This document shows, one piece after another, positions 19,901 through 27,346 of a DNA stretch of 32,000 nucleotides (positions are counted from its first letter, which is position 1; each line of letters begins with the position of its first letter). Source of the DNA: Pseudodesulfovibrio piezophilus C1TLV30 (lineage in GTDB: Bacteria > Desulfobacterota > Desulfovibrionia > Desulfovibrionales > Desulfovibrionaceae); NCBI RefSeq assembly GCF_000341895.1, contig NC_020409.1, positions 1,710,001 through 1,742,000 of the forward strand, read 5' to 3'. A model generated the notes under the pieces. The model did not search any database. It was not told the origin of the DNA and saw nothing but the letters and a program-made list of their open reading frames with translations. Both the position numbers and the translations under genes were made by a program.

Positions 19901-22166
19901 AGCTGTCTTCGTTGCCTTCGGCATCAATGGTGGTCACTGTTGGCGTGTCGGCAACTCCGGTGATACTCACAGGAAGCATCGCCACACTCTGCGCGGTACT
20001 TCCGTTGGGTTCACGAGCTGTCGATGTCACGGTCAAGGTGAAGTCAACATTGCTGTCCGCAGGCGGTGAAAGGATCAAGCCTTCCAGATCCGCAGGAGCC
20101 AAAGACCACGAGCCATCTCCATTGTCTGTTCCTGCTGAAAGCGTCGCGCCTGCGGGAAGTCCTGACACAACAACATCGGTAATACTCTCGGTTCCGCTCG
20201 TATCAGTGACACTGGTTTCAATCGTCAACGCCATGCTCGTATCTTCACTGGATACGGCAGGAATCACGGTCAGAGCAGGGGTGTCAGCCACGGCATTCAC
20301 GGTCACAGGAACCACAGCGGTCACGACGGCGGTCTCTCCCCCCACGCTCTCCGTACTGGTCGCTTCCACCGTAATATCGAAATTTCCCTTGTAATCACGA
20401 GGCATGGTCATGGTCAGCCCGGAAAGCTGCGGTGACGTAAGCGTCCATGAGCCATCGCCGTTATCGGTCCCTGCGCTCAGAGATATCCCGTCAGGAATCC
20501 CGGAGAGGTTGAGGGAAAGCGTTTCCGAACCGTCCGTATCCACAAGACTGGAAGCTATATCGAGTTGAACAGGAACATCTTCGCTGCCCACAGCCGCACT
20601 GGTGCTCAATGTCGGCGCATCAACCACAGCCGCGACATCCACCCGTAATGGAGCCGAAGTCGTAGCCGTATCACCATTGGCATCAGTACTGGTGGCCGCG
20701 ACTGTCAAATTAAGTGAACCGGAAAAGTGCTCCGGCGGCGTGATCGTCAGGTCGGTGAGTTCTTCGGCGGTCAGGGTCCAGGTGCCGTCGCCGTTGTCCG
20801 TGCCTGAGGAGAGTGTCGAGCCGTCCGGGATGTTGCTCACCACCACGCTGATGGTTTCCGAGCCGTCCGTGTCGGTCAGGGCTGCCGAAATATCAAGGGC
20901 AATGCTGCCGTCTTCGCTGCCAGTGGCATCGGACACGGTCACGTCCGGGGCATCTGCCACCGGCGTGAAGGAGCCGCTCACCGAGCTGGTGCTCGAGGCC
21001 GTGCTGCCGTCGGATTCCGTGGTAATGGCCGTGACGGTCAGATCCACGTCACCCGAGAAATCCGCCGGGGGAACCAGTTCCAGCCCGGACGCCTCGTCCG
21101 AAGTCAGGGTCCAGGTGCCGTCGCCGTTGTCCGTCCCCGCTGTCAGGCTGAACCCGTCGGGAATGTCCGAAACAACATAGGTCAGCGTCTCCGAGCCATC
21201 CGTATCCGTCAGGCTACCGGAAATATCAAACGGCATATTCTGGTCTTCCGTCGCCTCGCCAAGGCTCGCCGTGAAGTCCGCTTCATCGGCCACACCGATG
21301 ACATCGACCGGCAAGTCTTGTTCAACTGACGCCGTGGAGCCATCACTCCCCGTACTGGTCGCTGTCACGCTCAATGTGAAGTCTACATTTGAATCAGGAG
21401 GAGGACTCAAGGTCAGTCCGTCAAGGTCCTCGGCTGTCAACTCCCAAACACCATCACCAAGATCTGTTCCTGCTGAAAGAACCGCTCCTTCCGGCAGACC
21501 GGAAATCAGAATGGAAAGCGTCTCCCCGCCCTGGTCTGTGTCCTGAAGAGTCGCTTCAATAATCAAGGGGACCGTGCCATCCTCATTGACCTGAGCCAAT
21601 TCCACGTTGAGAGCCGGAGCCTGGGCAGTGGTAATGATCGGATCTTCACCCTCGGTCACAATGACATCCGCAGGGGGAGCCTCCGGAGCGCTCTCTTCGG
21701 TCTCTCCATCTGGTGCAGCCAAACTCACGTCAGGATCAGTACCTTCATTCCTGAGCACTGATGATGAGGAAGATGGCGCGGCCTGTGTGGCTCCGCCCGG
21801 TGCCGCTTGAGCTTCGGGAGGAGCTGCCGCATCTCCTGGTTGAACTGCATCGGCTTCAGGAGCAGGGGCTGCCTGGCTTTCAGGAGTTTCCACTCTGTTC
21901 ACGGCAATGGGATCAGTCCCTGGAGCCGTATCAGCGGCAGCGCCTTCCCCCTCGGAGAGAAGCGACTCGTCATCCTTGCGACTGCCAAAAGGTTGTTCGT
22001 CGTCACCGGTCAACAACCCTTGTTGAGGGAATTCTTCGGCCCTGAGCTTTTCGGCATCTTCCGAGGCCTGGCGCGCCCCTTCAGCTGCCTGCTCATCCTG
22101 TTGTTCTCGCAGGCTTTCTTCGTCACCATCCGGAATGGGGATATCGTTGACGTTATCATCGGCCAT
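13980..22166 (-). CDS. Giant (2728 aa) acidic repeat protein, putative T1SS-exported surface adhesin
   Basis: A single uninterrupted ORF. Its ATG at 22166 sits 15 nt after the HlyD stop and has an ACGAGG SD. There is no signal peptide, and I found no Cys by eye. It holds about 22 tandem units of 100-110 aa sharing (G/L)EDTxIxLxI...TDTDGSE...SG(I/V)PxGAxLSAGTxNGDGSW...PPxD(F/Y)SGxF. No GGxGxD RTX nonapeptides are present. Confidence 0.9.
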   Translation of the reverse strand: MADDNVNDIPIPDGDEESLREQQDEQAAEGARQASEDAEKLRAEEFPQQGLLTGDDEQPFGSRKDDESLLSEGEGAAADTAPGTDPIAVNRVETPESQAAPAPEADAVQPGDAAAPPEAQAAPGGATQAAPSSSSSVLRNEGTDPDVSLAAPDGETEESAPEAPPADVIVTEGEDPIITTAQAPALNVELAQVNEDGTVPLIIEATLQDTDQGGETLSILISGLPEGAVLSAGTDLGDGVWELTAEDLDGLTLSPPPDSNVDFTLSVTATSTGSDGSTASVEQDLPVDVIGVADEADFTASLGEATEDQNMPFDISGSLTDTDGSETLTYVVSDIPDGFSLTAGTDNGDGTWTLTSDEASGLELVPPADFSGDVDLTVTAITTESDGSTASSTSSVSGSFTPVADAPDVTVSDATGSEDGSIALDISAALTDTDGSETISVVVSNIPDGSTLSSGTDNGDGTWTLTAEELTDLTITPPEHFSGSLNLTVAATSTDANGDTATTSAPLRVDVAAVVDAPTLSTSAAVGSEDVPVQLDIASSLVDTDGSETLSLNLSGIPDGISLSAGTDNGDGSWTLTSPQLSGLTMTMPRDYKGNFDITVEATSTESVGGETAVVTAVVPVTVNAVADTPALTVIPAVSSEDTSMALTIETSVTDTSGTESITDVVVSGLPAGATLSAGTDNGDGSWSLAPADLEGLILSPPADSNVDFTLTVTSTAREPNGSTAQSVAMLPVSITGVADTPTVTTIDAEGNEDSWIQVQAGGALTDTDSSESLSFSITDLPTGASLNVGTQNPDGSWDVSSEDIGNLYVRPPSNYSGTFDITVTSLATENDGDIATASEPVSVTVNAVADAARSRARDVSGDEDNDVPLDLSASVRDDSEVIESVVITGVPEGFSIVGGTDLGGDWSVPAESLDSLSIRAPQDYSGTVNLGFDVTTLEPENGSTRTTSRSFDVTFEAVADAPIITANNVTTLEDTPVQLDLLAQLTDTDLSETLEVTVSGVPAGASLSSGTDNGDGSWTIDPADLGTVTLTPPQHFSGEIALEFTATSTESSNNDTVSRTAGFTVGVTGVADIPEITVVDVQGTEDTEIALTVRAELEDADGSESLYVEFSGVPEGATFSAGTMLDNGNWLIPSGDLDSLTMTPPPDSNVDFTLTARSLAIEADGDRVYSVPQDINVSLQGDPDVPIVTMEGARGDEDTSISLNFTAESTDTDGSETISYVVSNIPAGASLSAGTFIGNGRWAVSAEDMPTLSVTPPSDYSGTFDLSVTVVVQEDDGRQSQEEYSVPVTVDPVVDQTDRGSVGGSASYGTAGGLEDTAIALNVDPGLTDADGSETVLWVDVSGLPVGATLSAGTEDPDNPGVFRILPSEFAGLTVTPPENSDVDFDLTVQATIQESGGATVVSEGQLHVEVHAVADAPLLETTSLLGLVNLGAEASLTDTDGSESLSFILSGFLGLNVAPSAGINLGNGSYLLTEDQLDGLSLSSDTLALGTTLLATLHAVSTEAENGDTAVTSESVLLQVSASIDLGGDLLGGGLPDPGTIIDGSIIGTPMTLEVNQPTGSEDSPFAVDISADFGTGGSQYGVIISNLPEGARPNTGYYDPVNDQWVISGDDPSLLENLEITPPADFAGALDFTVSIAKTGEDGLTQQTSTVVTATLDPVVDSPQISLGNPEGTEDTPFLLDLNVNVTDGSEQITSVVISNLPSGATILGATDLGDGRFEVGPDQLDQVQFSPPENAHGDFSFTVDAVVEESDGTQSSFSSDLGVSIQAVADPASISVTDASGLEDTAIPLNIDVDLVDTDGSETTSLTLSGVPTDSLFSAGINNGDGSWTFTPGQLDGLTFTPPPNASGDFELTLSVYTLEESTGEVAVSTQAVTVSVEGEADDVPVDSIGTSGDEDTAIPIELSYSSIDTDGSETVTAVLTGIPAGASLSAGVVQGDGSWLVQGEDLPDLTITPPLDFSGSIDIHAEIVVTEADGDSVSTGTDFSVEVIPVADNPNLSPQSVVGDEDTAIPLDLQASVSDAGEILEVSVSDLPAGATLSAGTKNSDGSWTLSASDLPGLTLLPDQNQSGDYTLSVTATSTEPETGETAQTSATFDVSITPVADAPTLIVDAATGDEDTTIPLDIEASLTDISEVLSVTLSQLPEGASLSAGINNPDGSWTLAPEDLPGLTLTPADNQSGDYTITVTATSQDGASQAETISDLSLSITPVADTPNLIVAPAVGLEDTAISLDIQAALLDTSEVLEVTIEGVPTDATLSAGTQNPDGSWSLLAADLDGLRLFPAEDQSGDYTLTVTATALDGAAEAEVVVDLPLSILPVADTPNLIVAPAVGLEDTAISLDIQAALLDTSEVLEVTIEGVPTDATLSAGTQNPDGSWSLLAADLDGLRLFPAEDQSGDYTLTVTATALDGAAEAEVVVDLPLSILPVADTPNLVVLPAVGLEDTAISLDIQTSLLDTSELLEITIEGVPTDATLSAGTQNPDGSWSLLAADLDGLTLTPPPDSAEDFDLTVTATALDGSSEASTTVTLNVDVIGDPDVPTFSVLDVLGDQDQPIALSIDAQTDLPGELLTVTISGVPDGGSLTAGQDNGGGSWTLSSDEVPGLSLNPPEGFTGLLDLTVEATVEQDGSSITLTENVSVEVLSVDLGLSTEAQLYTDILGLGTQTNDGSDATLAQALDHTLNGQDMIADSLDNSLLEEPVTNDGDLGAADNTELLDPIIEQIMPPEE
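14240..21630. repeat. Coding tandem-repeat array of the giant protein (about 22 units of roughly 300-330 bp)
   Basis: I counted 22 occurrences of the SAGT/SSGT/TAGT ... GDGSW core in the translation. Boundaries are approximate. Confidence 0.8.
14547..15535. repeat. Three tandem 324 bp units, two of them nearly identical at DNA level
   Basis: The anchor cgtgtccgca recurs at 14871, 15195 and 15519, giving a 324 bp period. Units 14871..15194 and 15195..15518 differ at 4 positions by my manual alignment and encode identical 108 aa. Unit 14547..14870 is near-identical only in its 14700..14870 part. Confidence 0.9.
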
Positions 22167-22181
22167 GGCAAACCTCGTTTG

Positions 22182-23486
22182 TTATCTTTCCTGAAATCCC
22201 TTGCTGGCCATCGTAAAGACCGGCTTCAGCAAGTATTGGAAAACAGTTTTTTCTCCCGTAATAATATCAACCTCGGCGGTCATGCCGGGAAGCAACATAC
22301 TTTTCCCCGGTATGCTGCCAAGATATGATCGTACAGGCGTCACCTCTCCAACATAATACAATTCCCCGTTGGGACCCGTAAAAGTAGATGGACTGAGCTT
22401 GGTCAAAGTGCCTTCCAAAACGCCATATCTGGAGTAATCATAAGTATCGACCCTGATATTCACAGACTGCCCGGCATGAACAAAACCGATATCTCGCGGA
22501 GAAACTTGGACCTGGACAACAAGGTCCACATCCAGCGGAACAATCTCCGCAATGACCTCACTCGGATTGACCACTGCTCCCGGACTGGTAAACATCAACG
22601 ACTTGACGATGCCCTTTGTGGGAGAGGAAATGAGCAGACGATCAAGCGAGGTCTGACGTTCATTCAACCGCTGCCGATTCTCAGCAAGTTCGGACAACAT
22701 CTGTGCTCGTTTTGTCTGAGCTGCCGTGAAAAGGTTTTGGCGAACCCGCTCCTGATTCTCACGAACCTCACGAATCTCCTTGCGAAGAACCTGCCGCATC
22801 CCTCGCAACTCAGCCATTTCCTTTTGAAATTCAGATTCACGCTGCTGAGCCCCGAGCAATTCAACCCGTGAAGCAACACCTTTCTCCTTGAGTTTTCTGT
22901 ACATTTCGGAAATCTCAGAGGAGGCCTTGAGCTGCCTTTCAAGAACCGGGAGTTTCTTCCTGACCGCATTCAGGGATTGTTGTTTCTGTTCATACTGTTC
23001 ATGCCAGGCTCGCACTTCCGCCCTGAGTTCGGCTCGTTGGGCAATAAGAATCTCCATCTGCTGCTCAACAAAAAGCGGATAATTCTCTATCCACTGCGAG
23101 AAATCAGGATCGCGCTCATTGACAAAAGCTTTGAGACGTTCTGCTTCCAACTCCAGAAACACCATCCGGGACTGGAGCTGATTGACATCAGTCTCGGTTT
23201 GCAATGGTTCAAAACGGATAAGAGGTTCCCCTTTTTCAACGGACTGCCCTTCCTTGATAAGGATATCAACTATCTGACCACCCTCCAGACTCTGTACCAG
23301 TGAAATCTTCCCGTGGGGTTCCACTTGTCCACGGGTTCTGGCGACCTCCGGAATCTTGGCCACAAAAGACCAGGCCAAAAGCGACAGGATAAGGAGGGCC
23401 ACCAACCATGCGACACCACGCACCGGAGAGGGGCGACGATGCGGCATGATAGCTCGTTCTCGAAACATACTCTTGTGCTTGCTCAT
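22182..23486 (-). CDS. HlyD-family type I secretion periplasmic adaptor (membrane fusion protein)
   Basis: The 434 aa product has an N-terminal TM (VAWLVALLILSLLAWSFV) and a lipoyl-like motif (GGQIVDILIKEGQSVEKGEPL). A long coiled-coil region and a C-terminal beta domain follow. Its start overlaps the ABC stop (TAATG). Confidence 0.9.
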   Translation of the reverse strand: MSKHKSMFRERAIMPHRRPSPVRGVAWLVALLILSLLAWSFVAKIPEVARTRGQVEPHGKISLVQSLEGGQIVDILIKEGQSVEKGEPLIRFEPLQTETDVNQLQSRMVFLELEAERLKAFVNERDPDFSQWIENYPLFVEQQMEILIAQRAELRAEVRAWHEQYEQKQQSLNAVRKKLPVLERQLKASSEISEMYRKLKEKGVASRVELLGAQQRESEFQKEMAELRGMRQVLRKEIREVRENQERVRQNLFTAAQTKRAQMLSELAENRQRLNERQTSLDRLLISSPTKGIVKSLMFTSPGAVVNPSEVIAEIVPLDVDLVVQVQVSPRDIGFVHAGQSVNIRVDTYDYSRYGVLEGTLTKLSPSTFTGPNGELYYVGEVTPVRSYLGSIPGKSMLLPGMTAEVDIITGEKTVFQYLLKPVFTMASKGFQER

Positions 23487-25609
23487 TAGTTGGACTCCTG
23501 CGAAGTAGTGATAGTGGCGGATGTGGTCTTGGGAGCGGGTGGCGGTGTCGGTTTGCCAAAGCTGATCGGCATCCCCTGGTCCAGAAGCAGGACCTTGTCA
23601 CACCGAGCCAAGACATCTCGATCGTGGGAGGAAATCAGGACAGTCTTCTCACCTCGGAACTCATCGAGCAGCTTGTAAAAATTTTCCTGGTATCTGGGAT
23701 TATGGAAAATGGGTTCATCCAAAAGCAATATTCTGGGATTCTTGAGAAGTGCCCTGGCAATGCAAATTGCCTGCTGCATATCGTGTCCCACCCGGATACC
23801 GCGATCCAGATACATGAAGGAGTCAAGCCCTTCCGGAAGGGTATTGACAAGTGATCCTGCTCCCGCTTTCTCCAGAGCGTGCAAGAGTTCCTCTTCCGTG
23901 GCGTCAGACTTGGCTATGAGAAGATTACTCCGCAACGTTCCTCGGAACGGGATATCGTTTTCAGGCAAAAACCCGAGCCAGGAGCGGACATCTTCGGGAT
24001 GGAACTGCCGAAGGTCTCGCCCGCCGATCAGGACACTGCCACCCTGTGGCTGAATAAGACCAGCAACGGTTTGCAGGAGAGTGGTCTTTCCCGCTCCATT
24101 GGGACCGGTCACACCAATGACCTCTCCCTCCTCTATCTGGATTGAAACACCGGCAAGAGCGGGTTCGCCATTTGAGGTATGCCGGAACACAACCCGGTTG
24201 AGAGCAACTGTCGGCGGAAGATCCTGCAATGGAGAAACCAGAGACGCATCAAGATTCTCTCCCTGAAGTTCCATGAGCCTATCCATCTGCCGGGCGGAAT
24301 GCCGGAGTTGGAAATAACGGCTGAACGCAGTCCCCAGAGTCTGGGTCGGACCGGTGATCCGCCAGATGAACATCATTGACCCGATCATCGCTCCAGGCGT
24401 GATGGAACCCTCAAGAACCAACCACATTGCCACGGCCAGTGTCGCCAGCGCCGTACCCGATGACATAATCCTGGAAAGGATGCGGAAGCTCGCGGAAATC
24501 AGGGCGTAATTTCTGTTTGCAACTGCGGACCGAGCCATTACCCTGGAATAATTATCAATCCACCGCTCTTCCAGACCAACACCAATCAGACCTCTTAATT
24601 TATCAATGGTATCCTGCTGAATAGCGCTCCTTTCACTGTTGAGCTTGGCTGCCTTTCGCATAGCCCTGTCTTCAAGCATACTCAGAAAGGGGATCGTCAT
24701 GCAGTAGAGGATCAATGCTGTCAGAGGCACCAGAGCCAGGCGTCCGCCCATGACCCCCACGGCACCGAGATACAAAAGGATAAAAGGTGCATCCAGTAGC
24801 GTTGTGGCAAAGTTTCCCGAAACAAATTCCCGAACCCGTTCCAGGTCACGGAGACGCAAAAGGTGCGCATCCGTACTGCTTTTTGTCAGAATAGTTGTTG
24901 GTAGACTGAGAATCTTCCCGAAGGATTCTACCCCTGAGAGATAGGCCAGGCGTCCTCCGGCGTATGTCAGCAAACGGGACCGGACCAGCCGAAAAACCAT
25001 GCCGAAGATTACGGCTATCGACACACCACCGCCAAGGTAAAGCAAACCGGTTGAAGAATGGGCCGGGATGGCTCTGTCATAGACATAGCGCGTGAAGAAC
25101 GGGAGTGCCAATCCAACAACATTAATGAAGAAACTCGCGATGACAGCCCCGGAAACCTGACTCCAGAGACCGGAGACTGTCCAGGAAAGCCAGGAACCTT
25201 GAGCGGCTCCTGAAGCCAGATCGACTTTGGGAAAAACCAGGATGACAACGCCAGAACGAGGCGGATCGCTTTCCGGGGTCAAAACGGTCACAGTCTCCCC
25301 GGTCACATGGATGGCTGGAGTACTCAAGTCACCTATTTCCTTTGCGGAAAGGACTTCAGTATCATACCCGAGCCTGGCAAGAATATCCCGAAGGTCTTCA
25401 AAGCCGAGTGGCGTCCCTAGCGGCAAGGCGGACAAGAACTCCTTGGCCGATCCGTGCCAGCAGATCGAAGCAAGAACGCTGACCAGTGCATCAAGATAAG
25501 GCGAAGGTGGCAGATTTGCATTTTCCAGGGCAAAGAAAAAGTTTCCCTGACAGGATATTTCATCTTCGCAAAACTCCAGAGGGTGCATTTGATGGAAGCG
25601 TAAACTCAT
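23486..25609 (-). CDS. T1SS permease/ATPase with an LssB-type N-terminal C39-like domain. Walker A, Walker B and H-loop are intact; the signature motif is degenerate.
   Basis: The start is set at MSLRFHQMHPLEF (ATG 25609), which forms an ATGA overlap with the upstream ABC stop. The N-terminal domain reads SPYLDALVSVLASICWHGSAKEFLSALPLG...PAIHV. The TMD carries YVYDRAIP. Walker A is GPNGAGKTT, Walker B ILLLDEP and H-loop SSHD. The position of LSGGQ reads VGHDM, and the Q-loop reads PEND. Confidence 0.9.
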   Translation of the reverse strand: MSLRFHQMHPLEFCEDEISCQGNFFFALENANLPPSPYLDALVSVLASICWHGSAKEFLSALPLGTPLGFEDLRDILARLGYDTEVLSAKEIGDLSTPAIHVTGETVTVLTPESDPPRSGVVILVFPKVDLASGAAQGSWLSWTVSGLWSQVSGAVIASFFINVVGLALPFFTRYVYDRAIPAHSSTGLLYLGGGVSIAVIFGMVFRLVRSRLLTYAGGRLAYLSGVESFGKILSLPTTILTKSSTDAHLLRLRDLERVREFVSGNFATTLLDAPFILLYLGAVGVMGGRLALVPLTALILYCMTIPFLSMLEDRAMRKAAKLNSERSAIQQDTIDKLRGLIGVGLEERWIDNYSRVMARSAVANRNYALISASFRILSRIMSSGTALATLAVAMWLVLEGSITPGAMIGSMMFIWRITGPTQTLGTAFSRYFQLRHSARQMDRLMELQGENLDASLVSPLQDLPPTVALNRVVFRHTSNGEPALAGVSIQIEEGEVIGVTGPNGAGKTTLLQTVAGLIQPQGGSVLIGGRDLRQFHPEDVRSWLGFLPENDIPFRGTLRSNLLIAKSDATEEELLHALEKAGAGSLVNTLPEGLDSFMYLDRGIRVGHDMQQAICIARALLKNPRILLLDEPIFHNPRYQENFYKLLDEFRGEKTVLISSHDRDVLARCDKVLLLDQGMPISFGKPTPPPAPKTTSATITTSQESN

Positions 25610-27240
25610 GCCACCACCTCCATTGCTTCTGATTTGACGGTAACCGTACAATGTTCATCAAGCTTCAGTGAGTGTTCGAACACTGTTCGTAAGGTTGAAT
25701 CTGTCGGAAGCAGAAGGATTGTCGGCCCTTCCACCTTTTGGAGCATCTGGGCAAGCAACTGTTTTCCTGCAAGGTCTATCCCTTCATCTGCTTCATTGAG
25801 GAAAAGCAGGACTGGGTCCTGAGTCAAAGCCCGAACTATTGCCATGCGTTGGATGGTCCCCATTTCGAGCGGTCCACCCACGACATCACCGACCTGGGTT
25901 CGAAAGCCGTTAGGCATGGAATGGATAAATTTTGTCAATCCGACCTGATGAGAAAGCTCAATGGCCTTCAACTCCCTGGAAGGCTGATACAACGTCAGAT
26001 TGTCCATAATGGAGCCTCGGAACACCTGACTTCGGCGCGTCACGAATGCCACGGCGCGGCGATAGGTATTTCGGGCATAATTGGGCAGAGGATAATTGCC
26101 GACCAACACCTGTCCCTTGTCAGGCTGACGGCTCCCGATAAGCAAGCCCATGAACATCGGAAGGCTCGCCCCCATGGAATTACTCAACATGAACTTGCTC
26201 CCAGAAGGAATATCCATGTTGAATGTATACAGATTATCCCCCCGAGAAACCTGTGCATCCTTCATGACTATGGAACCGTCTTCAGGGGCCAATTCGGAAT
26301 CAACAGAAAAGGTATGATCTTCTTCGAGTTCCCAGAATTCATCCACGCGGTCCCGTGCCACCCAAATTCGTTGCAGATGTGGCCAAAGCCCCATCAGAGC
26401 GACGACCGGGCTAAGACTCCGCCCTGCGAGGATAGTACAGGCAGCAAGCCCGCCTGTGGTCAATTGGCCGTCCATAACGAATAAGGCTCCCACTACCACG
26501 GTCGCGATGGTGGTCAGTCCGCCAAGGAGCGAAATACAATCGGAAATAGTATGTCCTAGCCTGTCGAGCCGAGTGCGTTCCACAATCAGGCTCTGTGATT
26601 TATGACGGAAAATACGCAGCATCAATCGCTCACCTCCCAGGCATTTGATGGAGGAAAGCGTATTGAGAATATTAGTTATGAAATTCATCCTGTCGTCATC
26701 GGTCTCACTTGTCTTCCGTGACGCCGTTCGCAGGCTTCTTCCCGCTATCATTGTCGAGAGAATGGCCACCACATAGATTGTCAGTGGAACAAAAACAAGG
26801 TTCCCTCCGATATACCATATCGCCCCGAGGAAAAGCAGAGTAAAAGGCAAGTCGAACATGACCAGAAGGGTCTGCCCGGAATAGTGTTCACGCATACTCG
26901 CAATATCGGCAAGTCGCTGTTTGAGTGCCCCACTTCCCATATTCAACGCCTGGGCCAGATCGCACTCAAAGAGCTTGCGCATGGCCAGCAGCGCTGATGA
27001 ATACTCAAAAAATTCCCCGTAAAGGGAGAGTATATATGTTCGCATGAACCGGAATATTCCTTCGATAACCAGTGCCACAATGGCCCCGAGAAAGAGCAAT
27101 GCGGCCGTACTGAGGGCGGAATTTGGCAGAATGCGATCATAGACCTGAAGCAGGACGATCGGGACCGCCAGACTCAAAAGGTTTATCAGGAAACTGAGGA
27201 TGGTGATATCAAGACGTATTCCAAAAGTGAGTGTTTTCAT
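25606..27240 (-). CDS. T1SS-type ABC permease (no N-terminal accessory domain) with a degenerate, probably non-catalytic nucleotide-binding domain
   Basis: The TMD has the T1SS hallmark LLQVYDRILP. Aligned by eye to the neighbour, the NBD motifs are all altered:
- Walker A is SNSMGASLP (Lys replaced by Leu)
- Q-loop Gln is replaced by Arg (VTRRSQVF)
- the signature is LEMGT
- Walker B is LLFLNE (Asp replaced by Asn)
- the H-loop is LLPTDS (no His). Confidence 0.85.
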   Translation of the reverse strand: MKTLTFGIRLDITILSFLINLLSLAVPIVLLQVYDRILPNSALSTAALLFLGAIVALVIEGIFRFMRTYILSLYGEFFEYSSALLAMRKLFECDLAQALNMGSGALKQRLADIASMREHYSGQTLLVMFDLPFTLLFLGAIWYIGGNLVFVPLTIYVVAILSTMIAGRSLRTASRKTSETDDDRMNFITNILNTLSSIKCLGGERLMLRIFRHKSQSLIVERTRLDRLGHTISDCISLLGGLTTIATVVVGALFVMDGQLTTGGLAACTILAGRSLSPVVALMGLWPHLQRIWVARDRVDEFWELEEDHTFSVDSELAPEDGSIVMKDAQVSRGDNLYTFNMDIPSGSKFMLSNSMGASLPMFMGLLIGSRQPDKGQVLVGNYPLPNYARNTYRRAVAFVTRRSQVFRGSIMDNLTLYQPSRELKAIELSHQVGLTKFIHSMPNGFRTQVGDVVGGPLEMGTIQRMAIVRALTQDPVLLFLNEADEGIDLAGKQLLAQMLQKVEGPTILLLPTDSTLRTVFEHSLKLDEHCTVTVKSEAMEVVA

Positions 27241-27346
27241 GGGGTATCCTGGCTTGATGGCTCCATTGCAAAAAAAGATGGCACTTTAAAAATTTTTACG
27301 CATACTCCTTTATAGTTGATATGAGAAGTGCACTGCCATTATAATC
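27241..27346 (-). promoter_or_regulatory. AT-rich leader/promoter region of the T1SS-adhesin operon
   Basis: This is 106 nt between the terminator and the ATG at 27240. A minus-strand TATAAT lies at 27343..27338, but I see no convincing -35. An AGGA SD lies 9 nt before the ATG. Confidence 0.3.

Noticed and set aside
14215-21546. Many + strand ORFs (for example 14702..15538 at 278 aa, 16893..17609, 17928..18560, 20602..21180) inside the giant gene
   Set aside because: They are antisense to an uninterrupted 8.2 kb ORF with strong repeat and motif structure. Their apparent internal repeats (HQGPWLSLSGCNPHSDP...) are mirror images of the coding repeats. Their composition is Ser/Arg/Pro-rich nonsense.
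13980-22166. RTX nonapeptide (GGxGxDxUx) block or LapG di-alanine retention module in the giant protein
   Set aside because: I scanned the translation. The only Gly-rich patch (DLGGDLLGGGLPDPG) is not a nonapeptide array. AA dipeptides near the N-terminus (QAAEG, GAAAD) sit in low-complexity sequence with no recognisable retention fold, and no LapG gene is present. Neither is claimed.
23486-25609. The N-terminal domain of the second ABC as an active C39 bacteriocin-processing peptidase
   Set aside because: The region aligns by eye to the LssB-type C39-like layout, but the position of the catalytic Cys motif (Q...CG..C) is not conserved. The substrate also has no double-glycine leader. I call it C39-like only.
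25738-26484. 248 aa + strand ORF within the first ABC gene. The 22476..22871 and 22977..23303 ORFs within hlyD are similar cases.
   Set aside because: They are antisense to genes with clear family motifs and give low-complexity, His/Arg-rich translations.
27264-27284. Sigma-54-like elements TTGCA and TGGCAC in the T1SS leader
   Set aside because: On the + strand the order is TTGCA then TGGCAC, the reverse of -24/-12. On the transcribed (minus) strand they read GTGCCA...TGCAA. Neither strand gives TGGCAC-N5-TTGC.
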